Assembly (NCBI GenBank): GCA_963713825.1
Contig: CAVQNG010000001.1
Coordinates: 320,001-384,000, forward strand
DNA length: 64,000 nt
Reading direction: 5' to 3'
Source of the DNA: an uncultured Acidobacteriota bacterium
GTDB taxonomy: Bacteria > Acidobacteriota > Thermoanaerobaculia > Multivoradales > JAHEKO01
Shown: positions 1 to 8,811 of the stretch, in pieces
How the letters are laid out: each line of letters begins with the position of its first letter
Numbering within the stretch: position 1 is the first letter of the stretch
The notes under the pieces: generated by a model
The model's input: only the letters and a program-made list of their open reading frames with translations
The model's database searches: none
Told to the model about the DNA's origin: nothing
Program-made: the position numbers and the translations under genes

Positions 1-1
1 T

Positions 2-151
2 TCGGACGACGACGTGGATCGAATCGCCCGCCGGCTGGTCGAGCTGTTGGGTGACGAGGTCGTCCGCGAGATCGCCTGGGATGTGATCCCGGATCTCGCC
101 GAAATCGTCATCAAGGATCGTCTCCGGGAGCTCGAGAGTCAGGTTGACTGA
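2..151 (+). CDS. C-terminal end (partial, runs off window) of a RomR-like response regulator
   Basis: Frame 2 reads ...DVDRIARRLVELLGDEVVREIAWDVIPDLAEIVIKDRLRELESQVD*, resembling the conserved RomR C-terminal helix (IAWEVVPxLAE); lies directly upstream of valS. Confidence 0.6.
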   Translation, partial: SDDDVDRIARRLVELLGDEVVREIAWDVIPDLAEIVIKDRLRELESQVD

Positions 152-195
152 GCGGCGCAAGAGTCCAGCCATGCCTCGTTACGGCAGCGGCTGAA

Positions 196-330
196 TACAA
201 TCCCATCGAGCACGTACAGATTCCGCGGTTCCAACGGACCGAAGGTGGCTTGACCCATTTTGAGGTCTGTGCCGAGCTCGAGGGGAGTCGGCAGGCAAGG
301 TGATTCGCCTGCCCATCGGAAGGACTGATT
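196..330 (+). promoter_or_regulatory. Putative -10 box (TACAAT, 196-201) and structured 5' leader of valS
   Basis: Complementary segments seen by eye: 206-211/276-281, 216-222/264-270, hairpins 226-241, 242-261 and 290-313. Confidence 0.4.
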
Positions 331-332
331 TG

Positions 333-2972
333 ATGGAAAAACGATTCGATCCAGCGGGCTATGAGGCGAAATGGCAGAAACTCTGGTCCGATGAGGGGTA
401 CTTCGTCGCCGAAGCGCCCTCTTTGAAACCCAGCTTCTGCATCATGATTCCTCCGCCCAACGTGACGGGCAACCTACATGCCGGACATGCCCTGCAGACC
501 ACCATCCAGGATCTCCTGACCCGGTGGAAGCGAATGAGCGGCTACAACACCCTCTGGCTTCCCGGCACCGACCATGCGGGCATCGCCACACAACTCATGG
601 TGGAACGACAGCTGATCGCCGAAGGTACCGATCGCCAGAGCCTGGGGCGTCAGGCCTTTGTCGAGCGGGCCTGGGATTGGACGCGCCAGCACAGCGGCCA
701 CATTCGTTCCCAGCTCGACCAGTTGGGGGCCAGCTGCGACTGGAGCCGCGAGCGCTTCACCCTCGATGATCGCCTTTCGACGGCGGTACGCGCGGCATTC
801 GTGAGGCTTTACCGGGACGGACTCATTTCCCGCGACGAGTACATGGTCAACTGGTCGCCGGCCCTCGAAACCGCCATCTCCGATCTCGAAGTCGAGATGA
901 GGGCCGTGAATGGCGCGCTGTACCACATCGCCTATCCGGTGAAAGGGTCTGACGAGCGGATTGTGGTCGCGACGACCCGGCCGGAAACGATGCTGGGTGA
1001 CACTGCGATCGCCATGCATCCAGAGGACTCCCGTTACTCGCACTTGCTGGACGGCAGGGCAATGTTGCCTCTGATCGGTCGTGAGCTGCCCTTCGTTACC
1101 GACGATGTCGTAGATCTCGAGTTTGGAACCGGGCTGGTCAAGGTGACACCGGCCCACGATCTGACCGACTTCGAGATGGGGCGACGACACGGCCTGCAGA
1201 GTATTCAAGTCATCGACCGGCAAGGCCGAATGACAGCAGAGGCTGGCGACGAGTTCGAAGGTCTCGACCGCTTCGAAGCCCGGGAGAAAGTCGTGCAGAT
1301 GCTCGAGGACCAGGGGTATCTCACCAAGGTCGAGGACTATGCCCACAATGTCGGGCACTGCCAGAGGAGCGGCGTTCCCATCGAACCGATGGTCTCTACG
1401 CAGTGGTTCATGGATGTCGAAGGGATGGCAGGTCAGGCATTGGCCGCCGTCTCGTCAGGGAACCTGCAACTGGTGCCGGACAGCTGGAACAAGACCTGGA
1501 ACCACTGGCTGGAGAACATCCGGCCCTGGTGTATTTCGCGTCAGCTCTGGTGGGGCCACCAGATTCCGGCGTGGTACACGGACGATGGGAAGGTCTTTGT
1601 TGCTGAAAGCCGGGAGGAAGCCGTCGCGTTGGCGGGAACCGACCAGCTTTCTCAGGATCCAGACGTGCTCGACACCTGGTTTTCCTCGGCCCTGTGGCCT
1701 TTCTCGACGCTGGGATGGCCCGAGAAGACGGACGATTTCGAGACGTTCTATCCAACCGATGTCCTCGTAACGGGGTTCGACATCATCTTCTTCTGGGTGG
1801 CTCGGATGGTGATGACCGGGCTGCACTTCACGGCTGAAACGCCCTTTCATGCGGTTCACCTCACGGGCCTGATTCGGGACGCTGAAGGTCAGAAGATGTC
1901 GAAGACTCGGGGCAACACAGTAGATCCACTCGACCTTGTGGAAGAGTATGGAGCCGACGCGGTGCGCTTCACGCTGGCCATCCTCGACAGTCCTGGCCGC
2001 GACATCCCTTTGGACCCCGACAGGATGGCCGGATATCGTTCGTTTGGAAACAAGATCTGGAATGCGGTGCGGTTCTCACTGGCACGGGTCGGGGATGCGA
2101 GGATTCAGGAGAGTCTGGATCCCTCGGATCTGGCAGCCCCTGAACGATGGATTCTGTCTCGATTGTCGAAGACCGCGGCCGAGGTGAACGAGAAGTTCTC
2201 TGACTATCGTTTCGACGAGGCCTGCCAGCGCCTGTACCACTTCTTCTGGGGCGAGCTGTGCGACTGGTACATCGAGCTCTCCAAGCCCGCCCTTTCGGGC
2301 GAATCGCCGCGACCTGAGGTCGGGGAGGTCCTGCTCACGGTCCTGGATCGCAGCCTTCGACTACTGCACCCTGTCATGCCGTACCTGACGGAGGAGCTGT
2401 GGCAACGCCTCCCCGGGCGCGAGGGGATCCACGCGTCCACTATCTGCCTGGCGCCCTATCCCGAAGGTGAGAGTACGTGGGACGATCCCGCCACCGAGGA
2501 GAAGATGGAGGTCTTCTTCCGCATCGTCGCCTGGGCGAGGAACCTGCGAGCCGAGCTTGGGGTGCCACCCAGAGACAAAGCAATCCTCTACCTTCAGAGC
2601 GAGAATCCAGAGGTCGAGTCCTTCTTGGGCAATCTGGAGGCCATGGCACTACCACTCCTCCAGCTTGAAGCTCTGAGACTGGAGTCGATGCCGGAAGAGG
2701 CACACAGTGATGTCATCGCGGGTGTGGCCGTGGGCTTGGTCATTCCGGAGCGCGAGCTGAGCGCCGAGGATCGGCAGCGACTTGTCGTGGAAAGGGAGAA
2801 GCTCCTGGCGCAGCGTGAGCGAACTGAAGGGTTACTGGCGAACGAGGCGTTTCTCGCCAAGGCGCCCGACCAGGTCGTGGACCAGAATCGTCGACGCCTC
2901 GAAGAGATCCGTGAGCGGTTGGAGCGACTCGAAGCGGGGCTGGCTGGTGAGGAGGGGCCGGGGCCTTCCTGA
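333..2972 (+). CDS. valS: Valine--tRNA ligase
   Basis: PPPNVTGNLHAGHA (HIGH), KMSKT (KMSKS), WCISRQLWWGH and DPDVLDTWFSS motifs, C-terminal coiled coil; ATG at 333 after AAGGA. Confidence 0.98.
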   Translation: MEKRFDPAGYEAKWQKLWSDEGYFVAEAPSLKPSFCIMIPPPNVTGNLHAGHALQTTIQDLLTRWKRMSGYNTLWLPGTDHAGIATQLMVERQLIAEGTDRQSLGRQAFVERAWDWTRQHSGHIRSQLDQLGASCDWSRERFTLDDRLSTAVRAAFVRLYRDGLISRDEYMVNWSPALETAISDLEVEMRAVNGALYHIAYPVKGSDERIVVATTRPETMLGDTAIAMHPEDSRYSHLLDGRAMLPLIGRELPFVTDDVVDLEFGTGLVKVTPAHDLTDFEMGRRHGLQSIQVIDRQGRMTAEAGDEFEGLDRFEAREKVVQMLEDQGYLTKVEDYAHNVGHCQRSGVPIEPMVSTQWFMDVEGMAGQALAAVSSGNLQLVPDSWNKTWNHWLENIRPWCISRQLWWGHQIPAWYTDDGKVFVAESREEAVALAGTDQLSQDPDVLDTWFSSALWPFSTLGWPEKTDDFETFYPTDVLVTGFDIIFFWVARMVMTGLHFTAETPFHAVHLTGLIRDAEGQKMSKTRGNTVDPLDLVEEYGADAVRFTLAILDSPGRDIPLDPDRMAGYRSFGNKIWNAVRFSLARVGDARIQESLDPSDLAAPERWILSRLSKTAAEVNEKFSDYRFDEACQRLYHFFWGELCDWYIELSKPALSGESPRPEVGEVLLTVLDRSLRLLHPVMPYLTEELWQRLPGREGIHASTICLAPYPEGESTWDDPATEEKMEVFFRIVAWARNLRAELGVPPRDKAILYLQSENPEVESFLGNLEAMALPLLQLEALRLESMPEEAHSDVIAGVAVGLVIPERELSAEDRQRLVVEREKLLAQRERTEGLLANEAFLAKAPDQVVDQNRRRLEEIRERLERLEAGLAGEEGPGPS

Positions 2973-3039
2973 GTTGTGGGCCGACCGAACACAGTCTGCC
3001 GAAGTCAGTAGGCGTCTTGGGGAGAGTGCAAAGCGAGGC

Positions 3040-3843
3040 ATGAATTTGGGTCGGCTCAACGATGTTCTGAAACGCCGGACAGGGGAATTCGCTCCCAATC
3101 GGGTGCTCCTGGAGAGCGTCGATTCGACCAACAACCTGGCACTACGCCTCGTGAGGTCGTTCTTGGATCGGGAGTCTTTGCCGCCGAGAATTCTCGTTGT
3201 AGCCCTGCAGCAAAGCTCGGGCCGAGGTCGTCAGGGCAGACGCTGGGTGAGTCCAGGTGGGCAGGGGGTGTATCTGTCTCTCGTCGTCGCTTCGCGGGGG
3301 CCCGACGACCTGGCTAGTTTGCCTCTTCTCGTCGGCGTCGGTCTTGGTCAGACGATCTCCGAGATCTGTAGCTGTTCCTGCCAGCTGAAATGGCCCAATG
3401 ATTTGCTGGTCGACGGTAGAAAGGTTGGTGGCATCTTGATCGACTGCATCAGCCGAGGCGTCGTGGGCACGGCAGCGGTGATAGGCATCGGCGTAAACTA
3501 TCGTCAGAGCCATCGCGTCGCCGAGGCCGGCGGAGTTGCGATGGACGAGATCGCTCTCGAGCTGCCGTCCTTTCCCGCGGTCTTGTCGGAGCTCGTGGTG
3601 GGTGTCGAGCAGCAGATGACTCATCTAGGTGACATGGGCTACGCGTCGCGCCGGTTTCGAGAAATGAGCCTCCACCGGCCGGGCGACACGGTGCAGTATC
3701 GGACGGATGAGGGCCTCCAGCGAGCAAGATTCTCGGGTCTCGATGAGAGGGGATTTCTCGTGCTGCAGAATGACCAGGGGATGATTCGCCTTGGTGCGGG
3801 CGAGGCTATCGAGGAGTGGAAAGAGGATGACCATGAGTCATGA
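3040..3843 (+). CDS. birA: Biotin--[acetyl-CoA-carboxylase] ligase (no N-terminal HTH)
   Basis: DSTN, GRGRQGRRW, KWPND and KVGGIL motifs; start taken at ATG 3040. Confidence 0.92.
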   Translation: MNLGRLNDVLKRRTGEFAPNRVLLESVDSTNNLALRLVRSFLDRESLPPRILVVALQQSSGRGRQGRRWVSPGGQGVYLSLVVASRGPDDLASLPLLVGVGLGQTISEICSCSCQLKWPNDLLVDGRKVGGILIDCISRGVVGTAAVIGIGVNYRQSHRVAEAGGVAMDEIALELPSFPAVLSELVVGVEQQMTHLGDMGYASRRFREMSLHRPGDTVQYRTDEGLQRARFSGLDERGFLVLQNDQGMIRLGAGEAIEEWKEDDHES

Positions 3844-4612
3844 AGACCTTCTGATTGTCGTCGATGTAGGGAACACGAATACCGTTTGCGGCGTGTTCCG
3901 AGAGGACGAGATCCTGCGGGATTTCCGGTTCTCTACCGACATCGACCGGACGGCGGACGAATACGCTTCCCTTCTCCTGCCCCTGCTGAGCGCTGCAAAA
4001 CTGGATCCAGGGGAAGCCTCCGGCGTGATCATCTGCTCGGTCGTTCCGCCTCTGAATCTGACCTTCGAGTTGCTGTCCAAGCGCTACTTCCACCAGGAAC
4101 CCCTGTTCGTCGAGCCCGGAATCAAGACGGGGCTGTCGATTCGGTATGAGAACCCGACGGAAGTCGGGGCGGATCGGATCGTCAACGGCCTTGCAGCCCG
4201 GGAGCTCTACGGGGCGCCGGTTGTCGTGGCGGACTTCGGAACGGCGACGACGTTCGATGTCGTCAATGCCGAGGGCGAATACGCTGGTGGCGTCATCGCG
4301 CCTGGACTGGGCATCTCCGCCGAGGCTCTCTTCTCACATGCGTCTCGCCTCTATCAGATCGATCTGCGGCGGCCCAAGCATCTTGTCGGGCGTAATACAG
4401 CGGGAGCGATGCAGTCGGGCCTCTACTACGGTTATGTCGGGCTGGTGGACGGTATTCTGGCTCGCTTGATCGGCGAGTTGGGGACAGAGACGACCGTCGT
4501 CGGCACAGGCGGCGAGGCCGACCTCATCGCCAGTGGCTCGGAGTACATTCGCGAGGTGAATCCGCAACTGACGCTGCTCGGCTTGAAGATGATCTATGAC
4601 CGAAACCGGTAA
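3833..4612 (+). CDS. coaX: Type III pantothenate kinase
   Basis: DVGNTN, GADR and DFGTATTFD motifs; common birA-coaX linkage. Confidence 0.95.
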   Translation: MSHEDLLIVVDVGNTNTVCGVFREDEILRDFRFSTDIDRTADEYASLLLPLLSAAKLDPGEASGVIICSVVPPLNLTFELLSKRYFHQEPLFVEPGIKTGLSIRYENPTEVGADRIVNGLAARELYGAPVVVADFGTATTFDVVNAEGEYAGGVIAPGLGISAEALFSHASRLYQIDLRRPKHLVGRNTAGAMQSGLYYGYVGLVDGILARLIGELGTETTVVGTGGEADLIASGSEYIREVNPQLTLLGLKMIYDRNR

Positions 4613-5276
4613 ACGTGCCGGGGACATGCAGACCTATTTCGAGGCGATCGAAGGTACCTTCATTCGTCTGCGAGGAGCCCCGCTGCTGCTGTCGCCGACC
4701 GATTGGCAGGTCGCCAACGAGTGGTATGAAGCCGGAATCCCCTTGGAGACCGTGAATCGGACCCTGGAGGAGGTGTTCTCCCGACGCGAGGAGCGGGGAG
4801 GGAAGGGCCGCGTCCAGAGTCTGCGCTACTGCTCGGAGGCGGTCCTGAAGGCCTGGGAAGAGACCCGGGAGCTGGAAGCCGGCGGGGGACGGCAGCGCGC
4901 TATCGCTGTGGATGTGCAGGCGCGTCTTTCTTCTCTGGCTGACAGTCTGCCCGCCACCTTAGGAGCTCGGGAGGAGTGGGTGGGGATGATCAGCTCTTTG
5001 ACTGGAAGCTCCGACGAGGTCGAAAGGACTCTGACCAAGTTGGATTCAGAGCTTCTTCAGGCGGCCGAAGAGTCCCTGACAACAGAAGATCGAGAGCGGC
5101 TCTCAGGTCGTGTCGATGGGGTCCTCTCGAGTCTCCAGCATCGACTTCCCGAGGAGGAGATCGAGGCCGCCCGCGAACGAATCTGGCGCGGAGTCCTGCG
5201 TGAAGTGACGCGGTTGCCCCTGCTCTCCCTATTCTCGCCTGAGGCCCTGACGGCTGACCGCGACTCCAGTTCCTGA
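4596..5276 (+). CDS. Conserved hypothetical protein with a DnaD/DnaB (DDBH2)-like N-terminal domain
   Basis: LLSPTDWQVANEWYEAGIPLETV...SLRYCSEAVLKAW; overlaps the coaX stop; alternative start at 4626. Confidence 0.6.
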   Translation: MTETGKRAGDMQTYFEAIEGTFIRLRGAPLLLSPTDWQVANEWYEAGIPLETVNRTLEEVFSRREERGGKGRVQSLRYCSEAVLKAWEETRELEAGGGRQRAIAVDVQARLSSLADSLPATLGAREEWVGMISSLTGSSDEVERTLTKLDSELLQAAEESLTTEDRERLSGRVDGVLSSLQHRLPEEEIEAARERIWRGVLREVTRLPLLSLFSPEALTADRDSSS

Positions 5277-5341
5277 CCCGCCAGAACTCGTCACCTCCAA
5301 ATTCTTGCAAGATCGATCCGGCTGACTCCGTCAGGAGTCGT

Positions 5342-7594
5342 GTGGGGCCTTCATCATGGCCGGCGCTGCCGGTGTCTGCGGCCTGTCTTGCGGGAGTGCT
5401 GCTCGCCGGGTCTGGCGCGGCTCGAACGATTCCAGGGGCCGTGGTTCTGCTTGGCCTTGGACTCTGCCTGGACGGGAGGCTCAGATCGTTGACTTCCGGG
5501 GTGGCTCTCGGGCTCATCGGTGGATGGTCGGACGTACCAGAGAGAGGACCAGGGCCCGAAGTTCCAGTCGTTCTGATCGCTCATCTCGAGGGGCACTGGA
5601 GCACATCGCCGGAAGGCGCCGCGGCTGTGGTCCGTGGGGAATGGCTGCGGGTTGGGGAGCAGGTCTGGGCCTGGGATGGTAGAGCCGTGATTTCCCTGCC
5701 TCTCGGGATGGTTCAGCCGGCGTCGCGCCGACTTAGGGCTCGAGGCTATCTGAGGAAACCGGTGCCGCTGGCCAACGGAGTGCGAATGGCGCCCTCTGGT
5801 TGGCACTTGTACATCAAGTCACCGCACTTCATCGAGGCGCTTGCGGAGAAAGGGCCGCTGGCCTGGTTTCATCGCCTTTCAGTGGTCCTGAGAGGCAGAA
5901 TTCAGAGCGCCCTGGAGCATGACGAAGTCGAGGGTTCTCCAGGGGCTACCCTGATTCGGGCACTTGTTCTCGGGGACAGCTGGTCTGTTCCAGGCTCTTG
6001 GAAGCGGTCTCTCCAAGCCTGTGGTTTGTCTCATCTGCTGGCTCTTTCCGGGCTGCATGTAGGCCTACTTGCCGGCATGGTTCTGCTCCTGACCTTTCGG
6101 CTGGGGATTGGCGCTCGCGCGATGATGCTCATGACCTTGGCCTTGGGCTACCTGATGTTTGTCGGACCACGTCCTTCCTTGATCAGGGCTTGCTCGATGC
6201 TGGTTGCCGCTTGGGTAGCGCCATGGTGGCGGCGATGCCCGGTTCCTGGCAACGCCCTGGTGGCCGTTGCTGGGGCGATGGTGACGACCGAGCCTCGATT
6301 GGTCGGTGATATCGGTTTTCGCCTGACAGTTTCGGCCACGGCGGGGATCATCGTCCTGTCTCCGATCCTCGAGCGCCGATGGACCCGTTTGCCGGCCTGG
6401 CTAGGCCAATCCTTGAGCATCACCGTTGGAGCGCAATTGGCGACGCTCACCTGGGCCCTGCCGATATTCCACCTCCTCACTCCAATGGCACCAATCTGGA
6501 ATCTGGTCGCTGTCCCCTGGACCGGTGTAGCGCTGGCGATTGGGGCTCTTTGGGGCCTGGTCGCCCTTGCATCACCCGATTTGGCGGCTGCAATGGGATT
6601 CCTCGTCGACCTCGCAGCGGCGCCCTTCAGAGCGGTGGCGACCCTTCCTCCGACCGTGACTCGGCCGCACGTGGTCGATTTGGGCTACCTGCAATCGCTG
6701 AGTCTGGCTGTGGTGGCGCTCGGAGCACTGTCCGGTCGGAAGGTGATTCGATTCGTATGTGTCGGCATCGCCACGGTGTCCTTGGTGAATGGATTGATAC
6801 CGGTGCCAGGGCGGACTGAGCTGACTCTGCTGGATGTCGGTCAGGGCGAATCGATTCTCGTTCGAGACGGGCGCTCTGCTGTGCTCCTCGACGGTGGGGG
6901 TTGGAGGCGCGGCGATATCGGCAGTCGGGTGCTGCTGCCGGTACTGGCGAGCCAGGGTGTGAAGCGGCTGGATGCGTTGATTCTGAGTCATCCCGATCTG
7001 GATCATTGCGGTGGTCTTGTTCAGATTGCCTCGTTCCTTCCTGTGGGGGAGGTGTGGAGTTCTTCGGGCTGGAGTGCGGGGGGGTGTGTGAGTGATCTGT
7101 ATGGTCTACCCAAGGTGAAGATTCGCACCGCTTGGGCCGGCGATCAAATGCAGGTTGGAGCATGGAATCTCCAGGTGCTCAATCCACCGCCTGGTTCGCG
7201 TCGGGGCATCAACGATCGGTCCCTGGTGCTCATGGCGACACTAGGCGATCACACCTTTCTCTTGACTGGCGATATCGAAACGGTCGCTGAGCGCCGACTC
7301 GTGAGGGCCTACCCCGAGGCTCTTCAGGGCGTAGATATCCTGAAGGTGGCGCACCATGGCAGTCGTACATCCTCGAGTGCGGAGTTTCTGGATCATCTGC
7401 AGCCCTCGTTGGCCCTGGTTTCCGCCGGTGTTGGAAATCGCTATGGGCACCCAGCTCCGCAAGTGATGGAGCGACTGAGGGCGCGAGGAGCCTTGGCCCT
7501 GCGGACGGATGAGCAGGGCATTGTCCGTCTGGAGATTGATCGATCCGGAGCCTTGAGGATCCACCTTCCTGGGATACCGCGCCCCTTGGAGTAG
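5342..7594 (+). CDS. comEC: DNA internalization competence protein ComEC/Rec2
   Basis: HLLALSGLHVG competence domain, multiple TM helices, C-terminal metallo-beta-lactamase fold (LDVGQG, SHPDLDHCGG, KVAHHGS, NRYGHP). Confidence 0.93.
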   Translation: MGPSSWPALPVSAACLAGVLLAGSGAARTIPGAVVLLGLGLCLDGRLRSLTSGVALGLIGGWSDVPERGPGPEVPVVLIAHLEGHWSTSPEGAAAVVRGEWLRVGEQVWAWDGRAVISLPLGMVQPASRRLRARGYLRKPVPLANGVRMAPSGWHLYIKSPHFIEALAEKGPLAWFHRLSVVLRGRIQSALEHDEVEGSPGATLIRALVLGDSWSVPGSWKRSLQACGLSHLLALSGLHVGLLAGMVLLLTFRLGIGARAMMLMTLALGYLMFVGPRPSLIRACSMLVAAWVAPWWRRCPVPGNALVAVAGAMVTTEPRLVGDIGFRLTVSATAGIIVLSPILERRWTRLPAWLGQSLSITVGAQLATLTWALPIFHLLTPMAPIWNLVAVPWTGVALAIGALWGLVALASPDLAAAMGFLVDLAAAPFRAVATLPPTVTRPHVVDLGYLQSLSLAVVALGALSGRKVIRFVCVGIATVSLVNGLIPVPGRTELTLLDVGQGESILVRDGRSAVLLDGGGWRRGDIGSRVLLPVLASQGVKRLDALILSHPDLDHCGGLVQIASFLPVGEVWSSSGWSAGGCVSDLYGLPKVKIRTAWAGDQMQVGAWNLQVLNPPPGSRRGINDRSLVLMATLGDHTFLLTGDIETVAERRLVRAYPEALQGVDILKVAHHGSRTSSSAEFLDHLQPSLALVSAGVGNRYGHPAPQVMERLRARGALALRTDEQGIVRLEIDRSGALRIHLPGIPRPLE

Positions 7595-7664
7595 GCCCTG
7601 ACCACTCCGGATCCGAGAGGAGACTCCGGGGTGGCGCTTCCAATCACGGGGTAGACTTTCCCGC

Positions 7665-8687
7665 ATGTCACCCGTCCTGGTCATCGTCGGACCGACAGCG
7701 GTAGGCAAGACCGACATCGGTCTGCAGCTTGCCTCGAAACTGGATGGTGAGATCGTCAGTGCCGACTCATTGCAGGCCTATCGGGGATTCGACATCGGAA
7801 CCGCGAAGCCAACCCCTGAGGAGCAGAGGCTCGTCCGTCATCATCTGATCGACGTTCTGGATGCGAGCGAGGACTTCTCGGCCGGAGCCTTTGCACGGCG
7901 TGCGAGGGTGGCCATCTCGGAAGTGGAGCAGAGGCGGAAGCTACCGATCATCGTCGGCGGTAGCGGATTCTATCTGCGGGCCCTGCTGAGTGGCCTGAGC
8001 CAGATACCAGCGGTCAGGCCGGGCATACGCGAGGAGCTGAGGCAACGACTCGAGCAGCAGGGCTTGGAAGAGCTTTCTGCGGAGCTCCAAAAGGTGGACC
8101 CGGCGACAGCTGAGAGACTTCGACCGGGAGACACGCAGCGCGTTCTGAGAGCCCTGGAAGTGGCGATCTCGACAGGCCGTCCTTTGTCCGCCTGGCATTC
8201 TGATCCTCCAGCTGTCGAATCGACTCTGCAGGCAGTTCGCATCGGATTGACCCTGGAGAGGAGCCTCTTGTACGATCGCATCGCGCACCGGGTCCATCGC
8301 ATGATCGAAGCCGGATGGGTGGGAGAGGTGGAAGAGCTGTTGAGTCGGGGGGTAAGCCCTCATGATCCAGCGTTCCAGGCGATTGGCTATCGGGAGTTGG
8401 CCGCGCATCTCGCCGGTGAAGTTTCGCTGGAAGAGGCTATTGAGGGGACTATTCGAGCAACGCGCCGCTTCGCCAAACGGCAATTGACCTGGTTCCGCAA
8501 AGAAAGAGACATCCACTGGTTCGCGGCGGAGGATCTGGAAGCCGCTAGGCAGACGATTGGGAGCTTTCTCGCGCGGCTGGGATTGGGAGTAGGAGATGGC
8601 AAAGCCGACAATCAACATTCAGGACGGGTTTCTTTTTCAGGCCCTGAAAGCGAACACACCGGTAGCGGTACAACTGACGACCGGTGA
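7665..8687 (+). CDS. miaA: tRNA dimethylallyltransferase
   Basis: GPTAVGKT P-loop, DSLQAY, DIGTAKP, VGGSGFY and AKRQLTWF motifs; upstream of hfq. Confidence 0.96.
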   Translation: MSPVLVIVGPTAVGKTDIGLQLASKLDGEIVSADSLQAYRGFDIGTAKPTPEEQRLVRHHLIDVLDASEDFSAGAFARRARVAISEVEQRRKLPIIVGGSGFYLRALLSGLSQIPAVRPGIREELRQRLEQQGLEELSAELQKVDPATAERLRPGDTQRVLRALEVAISTGRPLSAWHSDPPAVESTLQAVRIGLTLERSLLYDRIAHRVHRMIEAGWVGEVEELLSRGVSPHDPAFQAIGYRELAAHLAGEVSLEEAIEGTIRATRRFAKRQLTWFRKERDIHWFAAEDLEAARQTIGSFLARLGLGVGDGKADNQHSGRVSFSGPESEHTGSGTTDDR

Positions 8688-8811
8688 TCGTCTCATGGGT
8701 CTGCTGAAGCGCTTCGATCGGTTCGCTCTGGTGGTAGAAACGGATGGGCAAGAGATTCTCGTCTACAAACATGGGGTCGTCACTGTTGAAACAGCCAGTG
8801 CTGAAGAGTAG
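8596..8811 (+). CDS. hfq: RNA chaperone Hfq
   Basis: NIQDGFL, FDRF and LVYKHG Sm motifs; GGAG SD; miaA-hfq synteny. Confidence 0.95.
   Translation: MAKPTINIQDGFLFQALKANTPVAVQLTTGDRLMGLLKRFDRFALVVETDGQEILVYKHGVVTVETASAEE

Noticed and set aside
236-262. GAAGGTGG as a T-box antiterminator upstream of valS
   Set aside because: Lacks GGTGGNACC, a specifier stem I and a downstream U-tract terminator
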